This document shows positions 31,330 to 44,900 of a stretch of DNA of 64,000 bases, one piece after another; position 1 is the first letter of the stretch, and every line of letters starts with the position of its first letter. The position numbers and the translations under genes were made by a program. This DNA comes from Paraphysomonas bandaiensis (lineage: Eukaryota > Protista > Chrysophyceae): NCBI GenBank assembly GCA_965644295.1, contig CBFFRP010000138.1, forward strand, positions 133,080 through 197,079, written 5' to 3'. Below the pieces are notes generated by a model. The model saw nothing but the letters and a program-made list of their open reading frames with translations, searched no databases and was not told where the DNA came from.

Positions 31330-34300
31330 TATTTGAGCCCATACCTTCTCATGAATATATGTATGTATGAATGTTAGTAGCACTATCTTTTGTTATTAAA
31401 CACACTACACGTTTAGTGTATATAAGGAAATATATTAGACGTTGGCTCCTCTCGGAATACAACATCAATATTTAGCTGTGATGTGATGTCAGTTATCGAT
31501 ATTTCTTTTAGTCGTAGTCACAGGCTTGCGTAAAAATGAATTGGCAGTTAATTGGTGAGAGGTATCAAACAATAATAATTGCAATTAATTGCCTTCAATA
31601 AAGTGCTTTTCAATTACCTTTATGAACTAAAATCTCATTCCAAAGAATAAACATTAGACTTACTAGGATGGGTAAAGTTTAATATCTGAACGATAAGCTC
31701 ACAGAGTAATTAATTATAGAAATAATTATCAACATGTCACATAATTAATTGTCGATGTTCTCTAAAATACCAAACAATATTATCATATCTTAGGTAGCCA
31801 CACTCTTAAACAGCAAAAATATACATACATTTTGATTTCACTACTATTATACCTATTCTATCAATATTATTTCATGTAATACTGTTATCCACACCTGTAC
31901 TCTTCAAGTAACGGTGAAAATTCAAATACCTCAGCAGCTTATTAGCAGTGAATGTCTTAACAGAGTCGGACTGGCACCATTTCGTGGTATTCTGGGTTCT
32001 GGAAGATAAGTACCAGAGATATTTCTACGGGAAACTAACGTGAGTCGCATATATAGTCAGCAGATATTATTTTGCCCGCTCATAGCCTAATGCTTGTGTC
32101 ACTTGTGTAGACGTTTCTGGGCCTTGACGGGAATGGGCCCAACTCAAGGGCATCCGGGGTATTGGGCTGCCTGCTGAAGTCAAGCATCCGGGTTAGTTCA
32201 CCTTAAGGACAGAGAACGAATGTGGTTGCACCTTGGTGCTTGCGGTGATGCACAAGCGCCAATAGTAGGATATCAGATTTAAGCACTAGTTAAAGTTGAT
32301 GTGATGACCAAACCTGGTGAAACGGCCTAAACCTGGTAAAATTTTAAAAATGTCGATTTCAGTTGTGTTTTTTTATGTGTTTTGCAATAAAAGTGATGTA
32401 GTAGGTGTAGGTGTAAAGAGAGCATGTTTTTCGAGACATTTAATAAATTTCATATTAGTTACAGGTCCAAAAAGTGAGAATGTAACGCTTAATGTAACGG
32501 TTACACATATATATAGAATATTATATGCATACTATAGTACTATATATATATATAATATATATTACAAAGTGCTATGTATACTTACAAGCGATAATCAACT
32601 GAACTTCTGGTATGTTAAGTTGTTCAAACTCTTAATCATTCACTACAGGGGACTAAAAGACGTCTACACAAGTGACACTAATTACTGCCCCTTGTATTAC
32701 ACACAAGATTTTGGCTATGAGTGAGCAGAAATATTCTGATGACTGCAACTGAGGCTCACGTTGTTCTTATCCCCCATCACACCATGAAATGGTGCAAGTC
32801 CGACTTTATTGAAGGAAACATCTTTTAGGAAAACAGCTTTAAAATACTTACAAACAGCAAAAAGCCTAATACAAAGATGCTAATTTTCACGGAGAAACAT
32901 CAATGTTTCAAAAGGTATCTAGGTGTTTTTGCTTGCGAAATGCAGTCATAATAATCTTAGCACACTGCCAAACAATCTTTCACAAAAATTTGTAGATATA
33001 TATAGCAATAATATAATATATATATACATATATATTATGTGTATATATATAGGTAGCTTGTTGATGCATGCTTCTTTCTGCGTTCGGTTCTCTTTAAGTA
33101 ATAAACGAATCATGGTATCGGCTTCTTCTCACCATCCACTTTCATCATCGAAATCACCTGTGCTTTTTCAGCGTCATACAGTTCTTCTTTTCTCTACCAC
33201 GTTGAGTCTTGACTACTCGAAATATGTACTTTGAACAATGTCTGCGTCTGCACTCAAGTGGTACTGACGAATTTCACCCAGACATCATCCAGATCAAGCT
33301 GTTCTTATCAATATGGTCGCAAAAGTTTACAACGTAGAACCTTTATAAATGAGGAGGCCAAAGCACCCCTATCCTGGCATGATCTTGGGATTTAATCAAC
33401 ATCAGAATCACACCCATGCAAGGAGCAGACAGTTATGTATACCTCTGGTCCATATCGTGCAGTGAACTCCATTGATGTGCAATAAACGACTAATCCAAAT
33501 GTTCTCGGTAACATTTTCTTTATGATAATAGCGACCTCTTCGTCAATCTCCCTCATTTCATTGAGATTGTACCGGGTTCTGAATATATTTCCAAGTTAGA
33601 GGAAAAAGAAAGTCTGATTATTACTTGTTGGCTCTTTACTAGTCTGATAGAATGAAGCTAATTTTTACCAGAGTATTGGTGCACGAATGACAATAATATT
33701 AGAGATGATGTTAATCTACATCTACATCTACAAATAATTCTTTATTTCAGTGCTACTGTAGGTAACGAGCGAGATCACCCTAGCTATTAGCGCCCCGGAA
33801 CTACTTGTGCATTGCTGCAAGCACCATGATGGTGCAACTGTTCCGGCTAATGCGCTTAGTCAGGGGGGCGACCTGTAGCTAACAGCTCTGTTGTGTTAGA
33901 GGTTGGGACTATGTGCGGCGAGGTCATGAGGCGAGACGGAATTGTGTTGTCAGGAGGAGAGGAGAGCGCTGTAGGTACTAGGGACCGTGTGAGGAATATG
34001 AGGAGTGTCTGTCTTTTGTGTGTGGTGGGAGTTCGTGGGGGTGGTGGCTTGGCTCGAGGACTTTGGGGGTGGAGGGGACCTGGAGGAGGTTAAGTATTGG
34101 CGGGTTGAGTGTGGTGGGCCTATGATCATGTATGTTGGCTTGGTTCGGTAGTGTGCGTTGTCGTCTGTGTGCTGGGAGTAATGGCTTGGATATGCCGCCA
34201 TCCTCTGTCCTTGAGCATTCCAAGTTGGAGGTAGATCATCTATAACCATACTACGACATATAGTTGTCTCAATAAAGGATACACAACTTTTATACACTAT

Positions 34301-34804
34301 ATATGATTATTTCAGAGCTTATACTGTGTGTATCACGACGATCGTTATGGAGGTTGTCAGTTTGATTGATCTGTGCCAACGACCTTTAATAGGTTAAAGT
34401 GCATCCTAAGACTTCTATTGTGCTACAATTATGATTAATAATGATTAAGTGACTGTGCGCAGTTTCAAGTTCTTCTAAGCTAACAGAGAGAGGATTTGCA
34501 GCTATGAGCAGTAGCTTTAGAGCTAAGAATGTTACCTATATAATTAAGCCAGCCAATGAATTTCAACTGGCAACATTGAATAATTATTGCCTTCATCATT
34601 TTTTAAACCAATTAAATTAATATAAAACAATGAAAATGAAATTAATATTTTATTACATTTTTACTATGTAGATAACTGTAGATATGTGCTGAATAAGAAA
34701 CTGAAGCAGGGAGCGACATGCAGGATGCTCCCATCTAGAGAGAAAAACTGGTACATTTATAGTACTGCAATTATTTATCATAGTTACATAATGTTTCTAT
34801 CTCT

Positions 34805-35641
34805 CTACTTCATCAACACTTGCGATATTAGCTCACGTATCAGACCCCTCACAGTGATACTTGCATTCTCACAGTTTGTCATAGCCATTTGTAACTGATC
34901 CAAAGTAAAAATTCCAACCGATTTAGATTGCGCAACGGACAATGACAACTCATCTTGGCCGCAAGGTGTACTCTTGGTGTTTATATATGTAAACGAGAAT
35001 ACGGCTTGGGACGACACTTCTTCTTCGCTGCAAGGATCCAGTAAAAAGTGGTGATCTGTTTTGCTCATAGCGCAACTCACAGAAACCTATAAACAGCTTC
35101 ACAACTATACCAGTACATATAACTTACTTCAATATACAAACATATACATATAGTGTATATCCACAAAAAAGAGCTATACAATATATACATACTCGAAACT
35201 ACGTACCGGTAATTGTACCATCGCTATTCCACTGTGCATCAATGCAAGAGAACATGCATTAATGCAAGCACTGACAACACACCCATCGTCCCGTATGACA
35301 CATATTCTAATAACCACTAGTTTTCTTGGATATGCAGCTAATTTAATAGTAGCTGCAAATAAACTATGAAGAGTCTCACTTACATGTTTCTCCATTTGTA
35401 TACGTTGATCACCACTTATTAATCCGGAAGAACATGTTCTATAATCAATTTCTAATGATGCTTTATCATATTTCTCATGTCTTGTATATTTAGGAGGGGA
35501 AGGACCGTATATACTGACGATTACACACGTTTTCCCATGATCGAGCTTCACACTCCCATCAGCCTCTGGTGATACATGAAATTCAGCTGTAAGAGGACGA
35601 TGTGTATGAGATTGACGTAAATCAGGACGAGGAGGATTCAT
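34805..35641 (-). CDS. RRP46: Exosome RNase PH-like subunit Rrp46 (EXOSC5-like), 2 exons (35641-35207, 35086-34805)
   Basis: ADGSVKLDHGKTCVIVSIYGP, YPRKLVVIRICVIRDDG, ACINACSLALMHSGIAM, LLDPCSEEE. Confidence 0.8.
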
Positions 35642-36313
35642 ATGATCAATATGAATGAGTATATAGAGTTTAATCTTCTAGTATATTGTGTGGGGATGTG
35701 TATATATATCTCGTTAATGTACAGGCTTCTTACCACCACTATTTCTTAGTATTTTTGATATCTATAAATTAGGATTTTTATATTTTATATAGAAATTCCA
35801 TACTTTTTCATACAATGAATTTTTAGAAATATATGATTTTATGTCACCTGTGTGTTGAAAATATCGGTTTTGAGATTTACTCTGTTGTTAAGTTGGTGGA
35901 GATATAAACACTGAAAAAATGATGACTCTTCAAGATCCCTCGTGTTTGTTTTTTTGGATGCTTAAACATGTTTTTTTTAGAAGTGGATATGTATGTATAT
36001 GTCTGTATGCAGGTATGTATGCAGGATGCAGGTATGTATGTATGTATGTGCTGCTTGTACAGTATGTATATATATATATGTACGTATAAGTGTCTATAGT
36101 CTATATATGTATGCAGATGTATGTATGTGTATGTATGTATGTGTATGTATGTATGGTGCTATAGCATGTGTATGGCACATAACACCAACACACACACACA
36201 CATACATATATATAGAGAGAGAGATCACATTGGTGCTAACCTAAACCTCGTGTGGCTAGCCAATCCATCCATATAACACCTTTACTATCTTATCTTATCA
36301 CTAGATTGCAATC

Positions 36314-36956
36314 ATGTGTTGCAGTGCCATTACATGTAAGTGTCACCTACACACACATACATACATACATACATACATACATACACACACAGTCATATAC
36401 ACATACACATACATACACAGTCATACTCACGTACACATACATACACACACATACATACACAGTCATATACACACATACATACATAATTTAACTAACTTTT
36501 ATATATAGTTGCAAAGTGTTGCACATTTTACTCCATCTCCGGCATCATATTTCTGGTAACCTCCTCACTCATCCTCATCTACTCACACTCATATATGTAT
36601 ATCTATGTAGTTTATTATCGGGATATTGCTGGACTCGCAGGGTGTGTATATTCAAGGGGTAGATGATGCTGACAAGGGCTCGGAGAACTGTTACATTGGC
36701 GGTATGTGTGTGTATTACTGATGTGATGTTTAGATAGGGATACATGAGTAGAGGATCTTGTTTGGTGTTATATACACACATGTCTCTTAAATCACTGTAC
36801 TGTGCTGATATATGCATTGCAGCTGTATTATATATAGTGTCTCTTGTTATCTCGGTTGGGTACTGGATCTACTACGAACATACACAGTCAAGAACAATTG
36901 CTACCGGTAAAAGAGGAGGGTTTGATAGCAAGGAGTACGGCTCTTTCCAGACATAA
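36314..36956 (+). CDS. RNASEK-like / V-ATPase Vo subunit f small membrane protein, 97 aa, 4 exons (36314-36335, 36509-36555, 36611-36701, 36823-36956)
   Basis: Spliced frame MCCSAITFAKCCTFYSISGIIFLFIIGILLDSQ...ENCYIGAVLYIVSLVISVGYWIY with two hydrophobic segments; all GT-AG junctions are phase-consistent. Confidence 0.75.
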
Positions 36957-37799
36957 TCGCATTCCAGTTCCCGCGGCCTCACCATATACAAAGGCACATG
37001 CTTCCAGTCTTTATGTTTACGTGAAGTGGCTATGCATGATGTATTGTGAATGTTGCTACATGCCGCATTATTTGGAGGTGTTTCTTTTGTCGAATGCACT
37101 TCGTTATATTAATTACTAACCAGATACTAAATAGCATACCGTCTAGTACATCTTTCGATTGCATCATCACCTTCATCTTATTGTAACAAGCTCACTGATT
37201 CCAAGAACTGTGTCCAAGATTGTGCAGTTTACGAGTTGTGCAGTGGTATCGCCAGGGAATCGCATTTTACTGAATAATTAAAGAATGTTAGCTAAATTAA
37301 ATCATAGAGATAGGGAAAAATAACTCCAATGATGGCTATTCGATAAAAGTGGAGAAGCAAACTTCAATGGTTTAAAGTATTATCTACAACTTGGCACTAG
37401 CAATTAACTGGCAATTCCATTAATTGGTTTAAGAGGAGTGGCAATTGTTATTGAATATCTCATCAATTATTTGCCGATTAATTGTTACGCAAGGCTGAGA
37501 ACAAGTCACTAGATACGCATGATCCAGAAATTGAAAGTGTAGTAAGATTGAACATAAAGTATAGCCATTAAATATAAAGTCCAAGAGTGGAATTAAATAA
37601 CTTTTATGGCTGTTCTTTTCGTGAATTCATTTATACTGTATCTCATCCTAACTATGTCGTCATCGCTGTGTTTATACTTTTACCTCCACCATAAGCAAGT
37701 GGACAACACTTTATACATAAATACAGTGAATGCAGATATAAGCTCAATAATAGTAAGAAGAATGTTGTGATTATTAGAATATAAAGTGATGAGCACAGT

Positions 37800-37930
37800 A
37801 TTGGAGAAAAGTGAATACTAATGCAGAACATAACTATCACACACAACGGAATAGTTAGAGGTATAACTGACAATGACGATCATTATGATAACGATCAAGT
37901 ATCTTCAACAGATACGATCTTTTCACATAT
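37800..37930. repeat. Interspersed repeat; inverted copy at about 63870-63980
   Basis: CACAACGGAATAGTTAGA..TAACTGA.AATGACG...TATCTTC.ACAGATAC is shared in opposite orientation. Confidence 0.65.
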
Positions 37931-39195
37931 ACTATCTTATATAAAGGTGATTCCTAATAATAATTTCAATTTTTATAAATTGCAATTAAATTGGCTGGCT
38001 TAATTATATGTAGCATACTGATCATAGGCACTATGCATACTTTTGACTAAAACTAACACAGGAATTATTGAACTACTGTTGCAGTAGTTAAATATAATCA
38101 CAACAACATTAAAGTAGAATTGTCTAAGTGCTATATAGTTAAGTTAATGTTATGTCGTTTTTACTTATTTGAAATCTTTACAGGTTGTAGTTTTTGATGC
38201 AAATATATATTAATACATTCTGGTATGATTCATTCGATGTTCACTCTTTTCAGAACGCTTGAAATAGAAACACTGTATGCATTGAAACCTGAAGAGTTGA
38301 AATTGTTGTAGATTAGGTTAGTATAAGAATAGTAGAAGAAAATAAAACCAAATATTGGATTAATTCAATAACACAAGTTTTAGTGAAATCAAAAATATTT
38401 GACCGTAATATTTCTGTAAATTATATCATATAAACTATTATACATATATGCTTTTTATGACTCTGTGTATTATTAATATTAACATGATATTAATATTATA
38501 AACCTAAGAAATAACAAACATGCTACTGTTAATTTTAGTTGTAATACTCAACCGTAGTTAGTGCTGCATAACAATTTATTGGTTTAACTTAATTTTCAAT
38601 TAGTGGCAGTGCAAATAATGTTAAGTTTGTGTAGTACTAGGTAACAGGTCACAGCAAATAGAGCATCCACTAAACTGATTACTTTTACACGTTTACTAAC
38701 AGCAACATTATTATACCAACTACTGCTGCCATGACGCAACTCAGTAGCTTAGAAACCGATAGTAAACGTTATAATAGAAAACTGACACGAAACTCGATAT
38801 CCTAAATTGTAATGACGAAACATGTGAAGGTGCACTCTAGGCTATCAATGTTATGAGGCGATGGTTCAATATAACGGATGCACAAAGAGTGGTACCTGAA
38901 AACTATGAAACGCCGCGTGGAATGGGATGAGGAAGTGACTAACCAAACTCACCGATGATAAAATATAGATATATACTGCTAATACATACTGATGGGATCA
39001 TGAAACAAACATCCATTGCGATAGGGCCATCACACTGGAACGACACTGACTGACAGCTGTACGTCATAGCCTATATGTGATTTTATATTCTGCACGTTGT
39101 TGCTAAGTTGGCAATCTGCATGACTACATGAACACGTGTATGGACGCATACTGAACAATTATAAAAAGCGTTTTTTCTGGAACGTCGTGATAAGA

Positions 39196-40778
39196 TCAAC
39201 CACGTGGTCTATACGCATCACCACTACAAGGAGTAGAATCTTTCGACCCAGTCGAATAAGGACTGGAGTCGTTGACTCCTATTTCCCCGCCAACTTTCGG
39301 CGGAGCAGGTGCCTGGGGTTTACCCCTAAATTCCATGGCATGAGACACTTCTTTGCCGCCCCCGTAAGAGCTGTGACTAAGGTGTTTTAAACGCAGCTCT
39401 TCCGCTTTGAGGTCCTTATGGTGTAACTTCGACCGGGTTAGGTCTGTCAGAGGTTCCCAACTCTCAGCAAGTGCGCGACCAGCAATATCCGAGTATAATT
39501 GGCGTAGCTCAAAATAGTACTTAGCATACAGAGACGGCTTAACTCCGGTGATAAACTTCATTAGATGCAGAGTTCGATATTCCATGCGCCGCAAATCCTA
39601 AAAATCCATAAATTAAATATTCGTAAGTATGAATTTCCAATTCCATACACATAAAAGGCATGTGACCTTAAACAATATATATATACAGTATCTACATGTC
39701 ACGACTACAAATGTATATAATGTACATGCATTTACAAATATACATCGAAGCAAAACGCATAGTAGACACCAGGCGGCATAAGTACCTTTAATTCAAGTGT
39801 TGGTAACAACATAATAAACCCTGAAGATCTTAAAGGTTTATCGTCCCACACTTTTTGGGCCAACATGATAGTTACCAGCCAAATAGCTCGCCAGTTATGG
39901 ACAGTAAGGGGCATGTGATTCATCGATGTAAGGCGGTTGATATACACAAGGGCCATTATATTGCACTCAGGTGAATACCTAGCTCCCGTGTATAGATATC
40001 TCAAGAATCTGTAGAACAGACATGAGCATAAGAACCTCATAACGGTGATAGTAATATCACAGCTGCATCAACGGATCCCATTGGGAGAAGAAACATACCT
40101 GAATACCGTGTACAAAAGAGGCACTCTATTCCCAACGATTCGATGCCTCAGTTCGTCATCGTCCACCTCACGAGACAATATATGTTCAGGGATGACCTCA
40201 AAATCCCCACCATTCTCTGGTGAAAGCGCATCGAAAGAAATATTGAATTCCGGGTACTCCACGTACTCCGGGTCATTCATGTTCTCGTAATCGTCAGATA
40301 TCTGAGCTTGTATAATAGAAGCCAGGCTGCAAAAAGAATTAATATCATGAACTTAGGTAGTAATGACAGAGCACAACAAAAGCACAATTACGCACCAGTA
40401 AAATATCTGCAACATATTAGGGTTAATTAATGAACCCTCTGACTCGGTGCCCGAAATTGTATCAGTTAAAAATTGTCGATGAGCATTATATTGTCTTGCA
40501 GCATCAGTAGGATTTGGTAGACGTGAAAAATATTGATCCTTTAATCTCGTTGGAGCATTCATTATTCTCGCGCTGTTGGATTCCCAGATATCATCAATTC
40601 CATCCCCATCTCTACCGGATCGTTCCGGTACACTAAATTCAGCTTGTTGAAATCTTCGTAAACTTACATCAATTTTTGGTATATCAGGCGATGAATTACT
40701 ATGATTACAACGTAATTTATAATCAGATGAATACATTTCATATTCTGAATATTCTTCTGATTCTGTATTCGGTTCCAT
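39196..40778 (-). CDS. Cyclin Y-like protein, about 4 exons
   Basis: SPECNIMALVYINRL, NWRAIWLVTIMLAQKVWDD and VKPSLYAKYYFELR fit the cyclin Y cyclin box. Confidence 0.85.
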
Positions 40779-41721
40779 TTCCTATAAATTAATTATGTAT
40801 ATATTATAAATTATGTATGTATATAATCTCATGAAGAGTGTATATAATTATGAATAATTTATATACGAAGTGCCCTTATTGATCCAAATAATCTCTCCTA
40901 TTATTTGTCATATGCCTGGGGCTAAGGCGGTATTGCTATCTTGACCTCATCGAGATAGTTAGAGTGATGGAGTTAGGAACCAGTTGTTTATATAAGGGAC
41001 TAGGGAAATTAATCCTACTAGAAACGCTAAGGTACAGTCCGGTCAAATATTCAATATAGACAATAATGAATTTTTATAGAATTTAATCTATAGATTTATT
41101 CATATTATATAAAAAAATGTAATAATTACATTAATAAATTGGACAATTTTACAACATATGTGATGGGGGTATCTTACATCCTGGGTTCGTATGTGTATTT
41201 ATGGCCGATAGTTCCAACCACTAGAAATACTAGTATCCTATATGGGGCGTGTATACTGTAATACAGGATGTATTTTCCTCATCATTGTACCTATAGATCG
41301 ATATATACGTACATATATATATATATTATCGTACCTATACACCTATACCTACGTACATATTAGCCACGTACACATACATGCATGTGCCGTTATAAACATC
41401 GACTCACTTAAAACGAATTCATTTCATGCAATAATTGAAGCAAGTTTACAATATCCTGCAAAATAAACACTACTGTAAGGTAAGTCTCTTATCCCTTGTA
41501 TGATCTTTATGTTATTTTTTGCATTTCATCATCAGAATCGAGCCTATATATTAATACACACTTGACTCTAGAGATATGGTGTAGGACTATCCACTTACAT
41601 ATAGAATATATACGTGTACATGTCCTGTATTATATGATTAGTAGTACAGTACTGTATTGTATACGTGTACCATGTAGTTAGGAATACAAACTGTAGGGAA
41701 TGTGATTGTTGGGATTAGCAA

Positions 41722-41806
41722 TAGCCGTTGATATTGTAGACAGTATTATTAGCCGTTGATATTGTAGACAGTATTATTAGCCGTTGATATTGTAGACAGT
41801 ATTATT
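41722..41806 (+). repeat. Three copies of a 28-bp repeat inside the LTR (also present in the 3' LTR)
   Basis: TAGCCGTTGATATTGTAGACAGTATTAT x3. Confidence 0.9.
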
Positions 41807-41945
41807 CATGATTCATTATACGATAATAATCATTATTTTGTACTTCTGTACTTGGGTATTGCTTTGCACACATACACATATGTATGCAAGCCCACAGTAA
41901 TATTACTTAATAAGTAGTACTCAATCTCTGTGATATAACAATATT

Positions 41946-44900
41946 ATGGGGGAAAGTAAGAGAAGCAAAATAAAAGCAGCTCCTCAAATAGAGGAATTGT
42001 TAGCTGCTTCGGGTTCTTCGTCTAAAAAGACGAAAAGAGAGAGAGAATCCTCTCGAAAACGAGCAAGAGATGCAACAACATCATCTCAAATGCAATCTTC
42101 TCCTCAAACTGAGACATCAGTAGAGGCTGAAGGAGAATTGAGTGGAGTATCATTTCGTGAGCTCTCTTCTTCTCAACCAAAGAGAAAGAAGCAAAGGAGT
42201 GGAGATCCGCACCCCAACAGGAGTGAGCGCATTGACTTGAATGAAGTCATTGCGACGGAATCCACTCCACATGAAGTAATCAATACCGACTCTATTCCCT
42301 ACTTAGGTAGTGTGCAAGATGAGGATATCATCGAATTTTGTGAAAATCTCTCGAAAAGAGATCCTAAAGGGACAAAATTCATAAGGTCAGAAATCATGGC
42401 ACCAACAGTGCGTGATATGCTTCAGTTTCAGCGACAGCAGGATTTTGGAGATGAGTCTGACGAGGACTGGCTAGATCCAAACATTGTAACTACTGAGGAA
42501 TTGATTCAGTGGTTAAAGCAAGCCTTTCTAGAGGAAGAGGAGCGATACTCTGATACATTGGAGCCTCTTCCTAGGTTCATAGATAATATCATTGGACCAA
42601 AGGTTAAGGTGGATATTCATGTTCCTAAAGTATTCTTAAAAGAATATGGACGTCTGAATGAGCTTTATAAGCTCATTCCGGAGGCAAGTCTCACAGAGGT
42701 AGCCTCGGATACCATAGTCAAAACCCTCAAGAAAAACATTAAACTTGTGGGCGGACATTCCTTCAGAAAGGATGCCAAAGAGAAATTTATAGCGGATATA
42801 GGCCAAGGTCAATCTGCACCAAAAGATTTCGGAGCATTCTGTAGAAAGGTGCGAGAGCTTAACAATGACTATAGTCAAGCTGTGAGAAAAGTAAAGAGGA
42901 TGGAAACTAAATTGGATTCCAAAGAAACATCTAAGTCTAACAAGACTAAGAATACAAAAACTTCATCCTCCAGCTCATCCTCAAGTACTAAAGCAACAAC
43001 TGATACTAAGGAAGCATGTTGGATATGCGGTAATCTTCATAAAGGTGACTGCACCCGCAAAACCTGTGCATGGGCTAACCATGAAAAGAAGCCATGGAAA
43101 GATTCCACACAGGGCAAAAAATATGCGGTTATGGGTTGGAGTACCTGCCCTTATGTGGAGAATCCTGATGGTCCTCCAAGATCGAAAACAAGTAAGTTAT
43201 CATGCCCTAAGTGTTTATATATAAATGCTATTGACATGAATAATGATATGCTCGATGTCTTTGTATATCCTAAAGCTGATGTCAATGTACAACAGGTAAA
43301 GGAAAATCTAAGAGCTAAAGCCTTATTGGACACGGGGGCTACTGGGAATAATTTCATTAACCAAGAACTTGCTGATATGTTAGTTGCTAGGTATAGAATT
43401 CCATTGCACGAGTGTAACATTAAAATTTGTAGTGCGCTTGATAATGCTTGTTGTAGTAGCAAGCAATATATGATAATAACTATAAGATTAACTGATGAGT
43501 ATAACAATACTCTTGATATTGAGTTGCAATGTTTGATAATAGATAGCACCTTTGATATCATAATTGGTAGAGAAACTATCAAGAAATATAGATTAGTTGA
43601 TCATTTTCCATCTCACTTTATGGAAAGAGAGTTAGCAGGGAAAATGCTAGCTACGGCCGCGGGCCATGCTGAGAAGACTCAGCTTCTCTCGGAACATATT
43701 AGTGAGAGAGCCACATGTTATAATAACATGGAAACATTAAGGCGCCAAGCTAAGGAACACCTTAGTTATAATAATAATTTACTTACAAGTAATAGCTTGG
43801 TTAGTACTATGTATTCACCTCCAATATCATCCATGCGTATAAGTGCATATGAAAAGGAAGATATAGGCGAGATTAGAGATAACTATCTGGAGTCAATCCC
43901 AGAAGAAATAGTTACAAATACTCAGGAAAAAGTAGAAGGTACTACGTTACCAACTAAAATCTCTGGTCCCGAATCTTTACAAAGGAGGGTGAGAGAAATC
44001 CATGAAATCTATAAGGATAGATTTAGAACCACAGTGTCGGATATGCCAATGGATGTTCCACCTTTTGAATTAGAGGTAGATAGGGATGCTTGGGAACAAC
44101 CAAAACATTGTGGTCCGCCACGAAAGATGGATCGAGTACGACAGTATGCTTGTAAAAAGCAAATCGATACATTTGTGGAGCATGGAATAATACAACCAAG
44201 TACGGCTCCTTATTATAGCCAGGTATTATTAGTTCCCAAACCAAATGATAAATGGCGATTCTGTGTAGACTATAAAGGTCTAAACAAGCACACACAGAGG
44301 GAACGTTGGCCAATACCTAACATCAAAGAAATGTTAGAACGTATTGGGTCTAAGAAACCCAAATACTTCATAATTCTGGATTTAGTATCTGGTTATTACC
44401 AGGCTAAAATTTCAGAGTACTCGAGAAAGTGGACGGCATTTATAACCTTCTGGGGAGTATTCGAATGGCTCCGACTACCCATGGGTTTGAGTGGTGCTCC
44501 ATCATACTTTCAACGAGTATTAACAACAATTGTGCTTGCCGGGTTGATTATGTTCATATGTGAATTATATCTAGATGACCTGATTATATATGCTTCTACA
44601 GAAGATGAACTAATTGAAAATTACGTTAAAGTTCTAGAACGCTTCAGGAAATACAATGTTTACATTAATCCTGAGAAAGTGAAAATAGGAGAGTCCGAAG
44701 TACAATATGTAGGACATACTCTAAATGAGGAAGGGTTACACTTTACTAGAGAACGTCTGGATAGTGTATTAAATTTCCCAAAGCCTGAAACTATGAAGGG
44801 TCTAAAATCTTTCCTCGGATTGGCAAATTATTTTCGGGATCACGTGCACAACCACTCCTTAGTGGTGAGACCGTTAAATAAAATGCTTCTCAACTATCAT

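Noticed and set aside
32300-34300. Possible transposase or retroelement remnants and short ORFs
   Set aside because: No diagnostic motif could be read with confidence.
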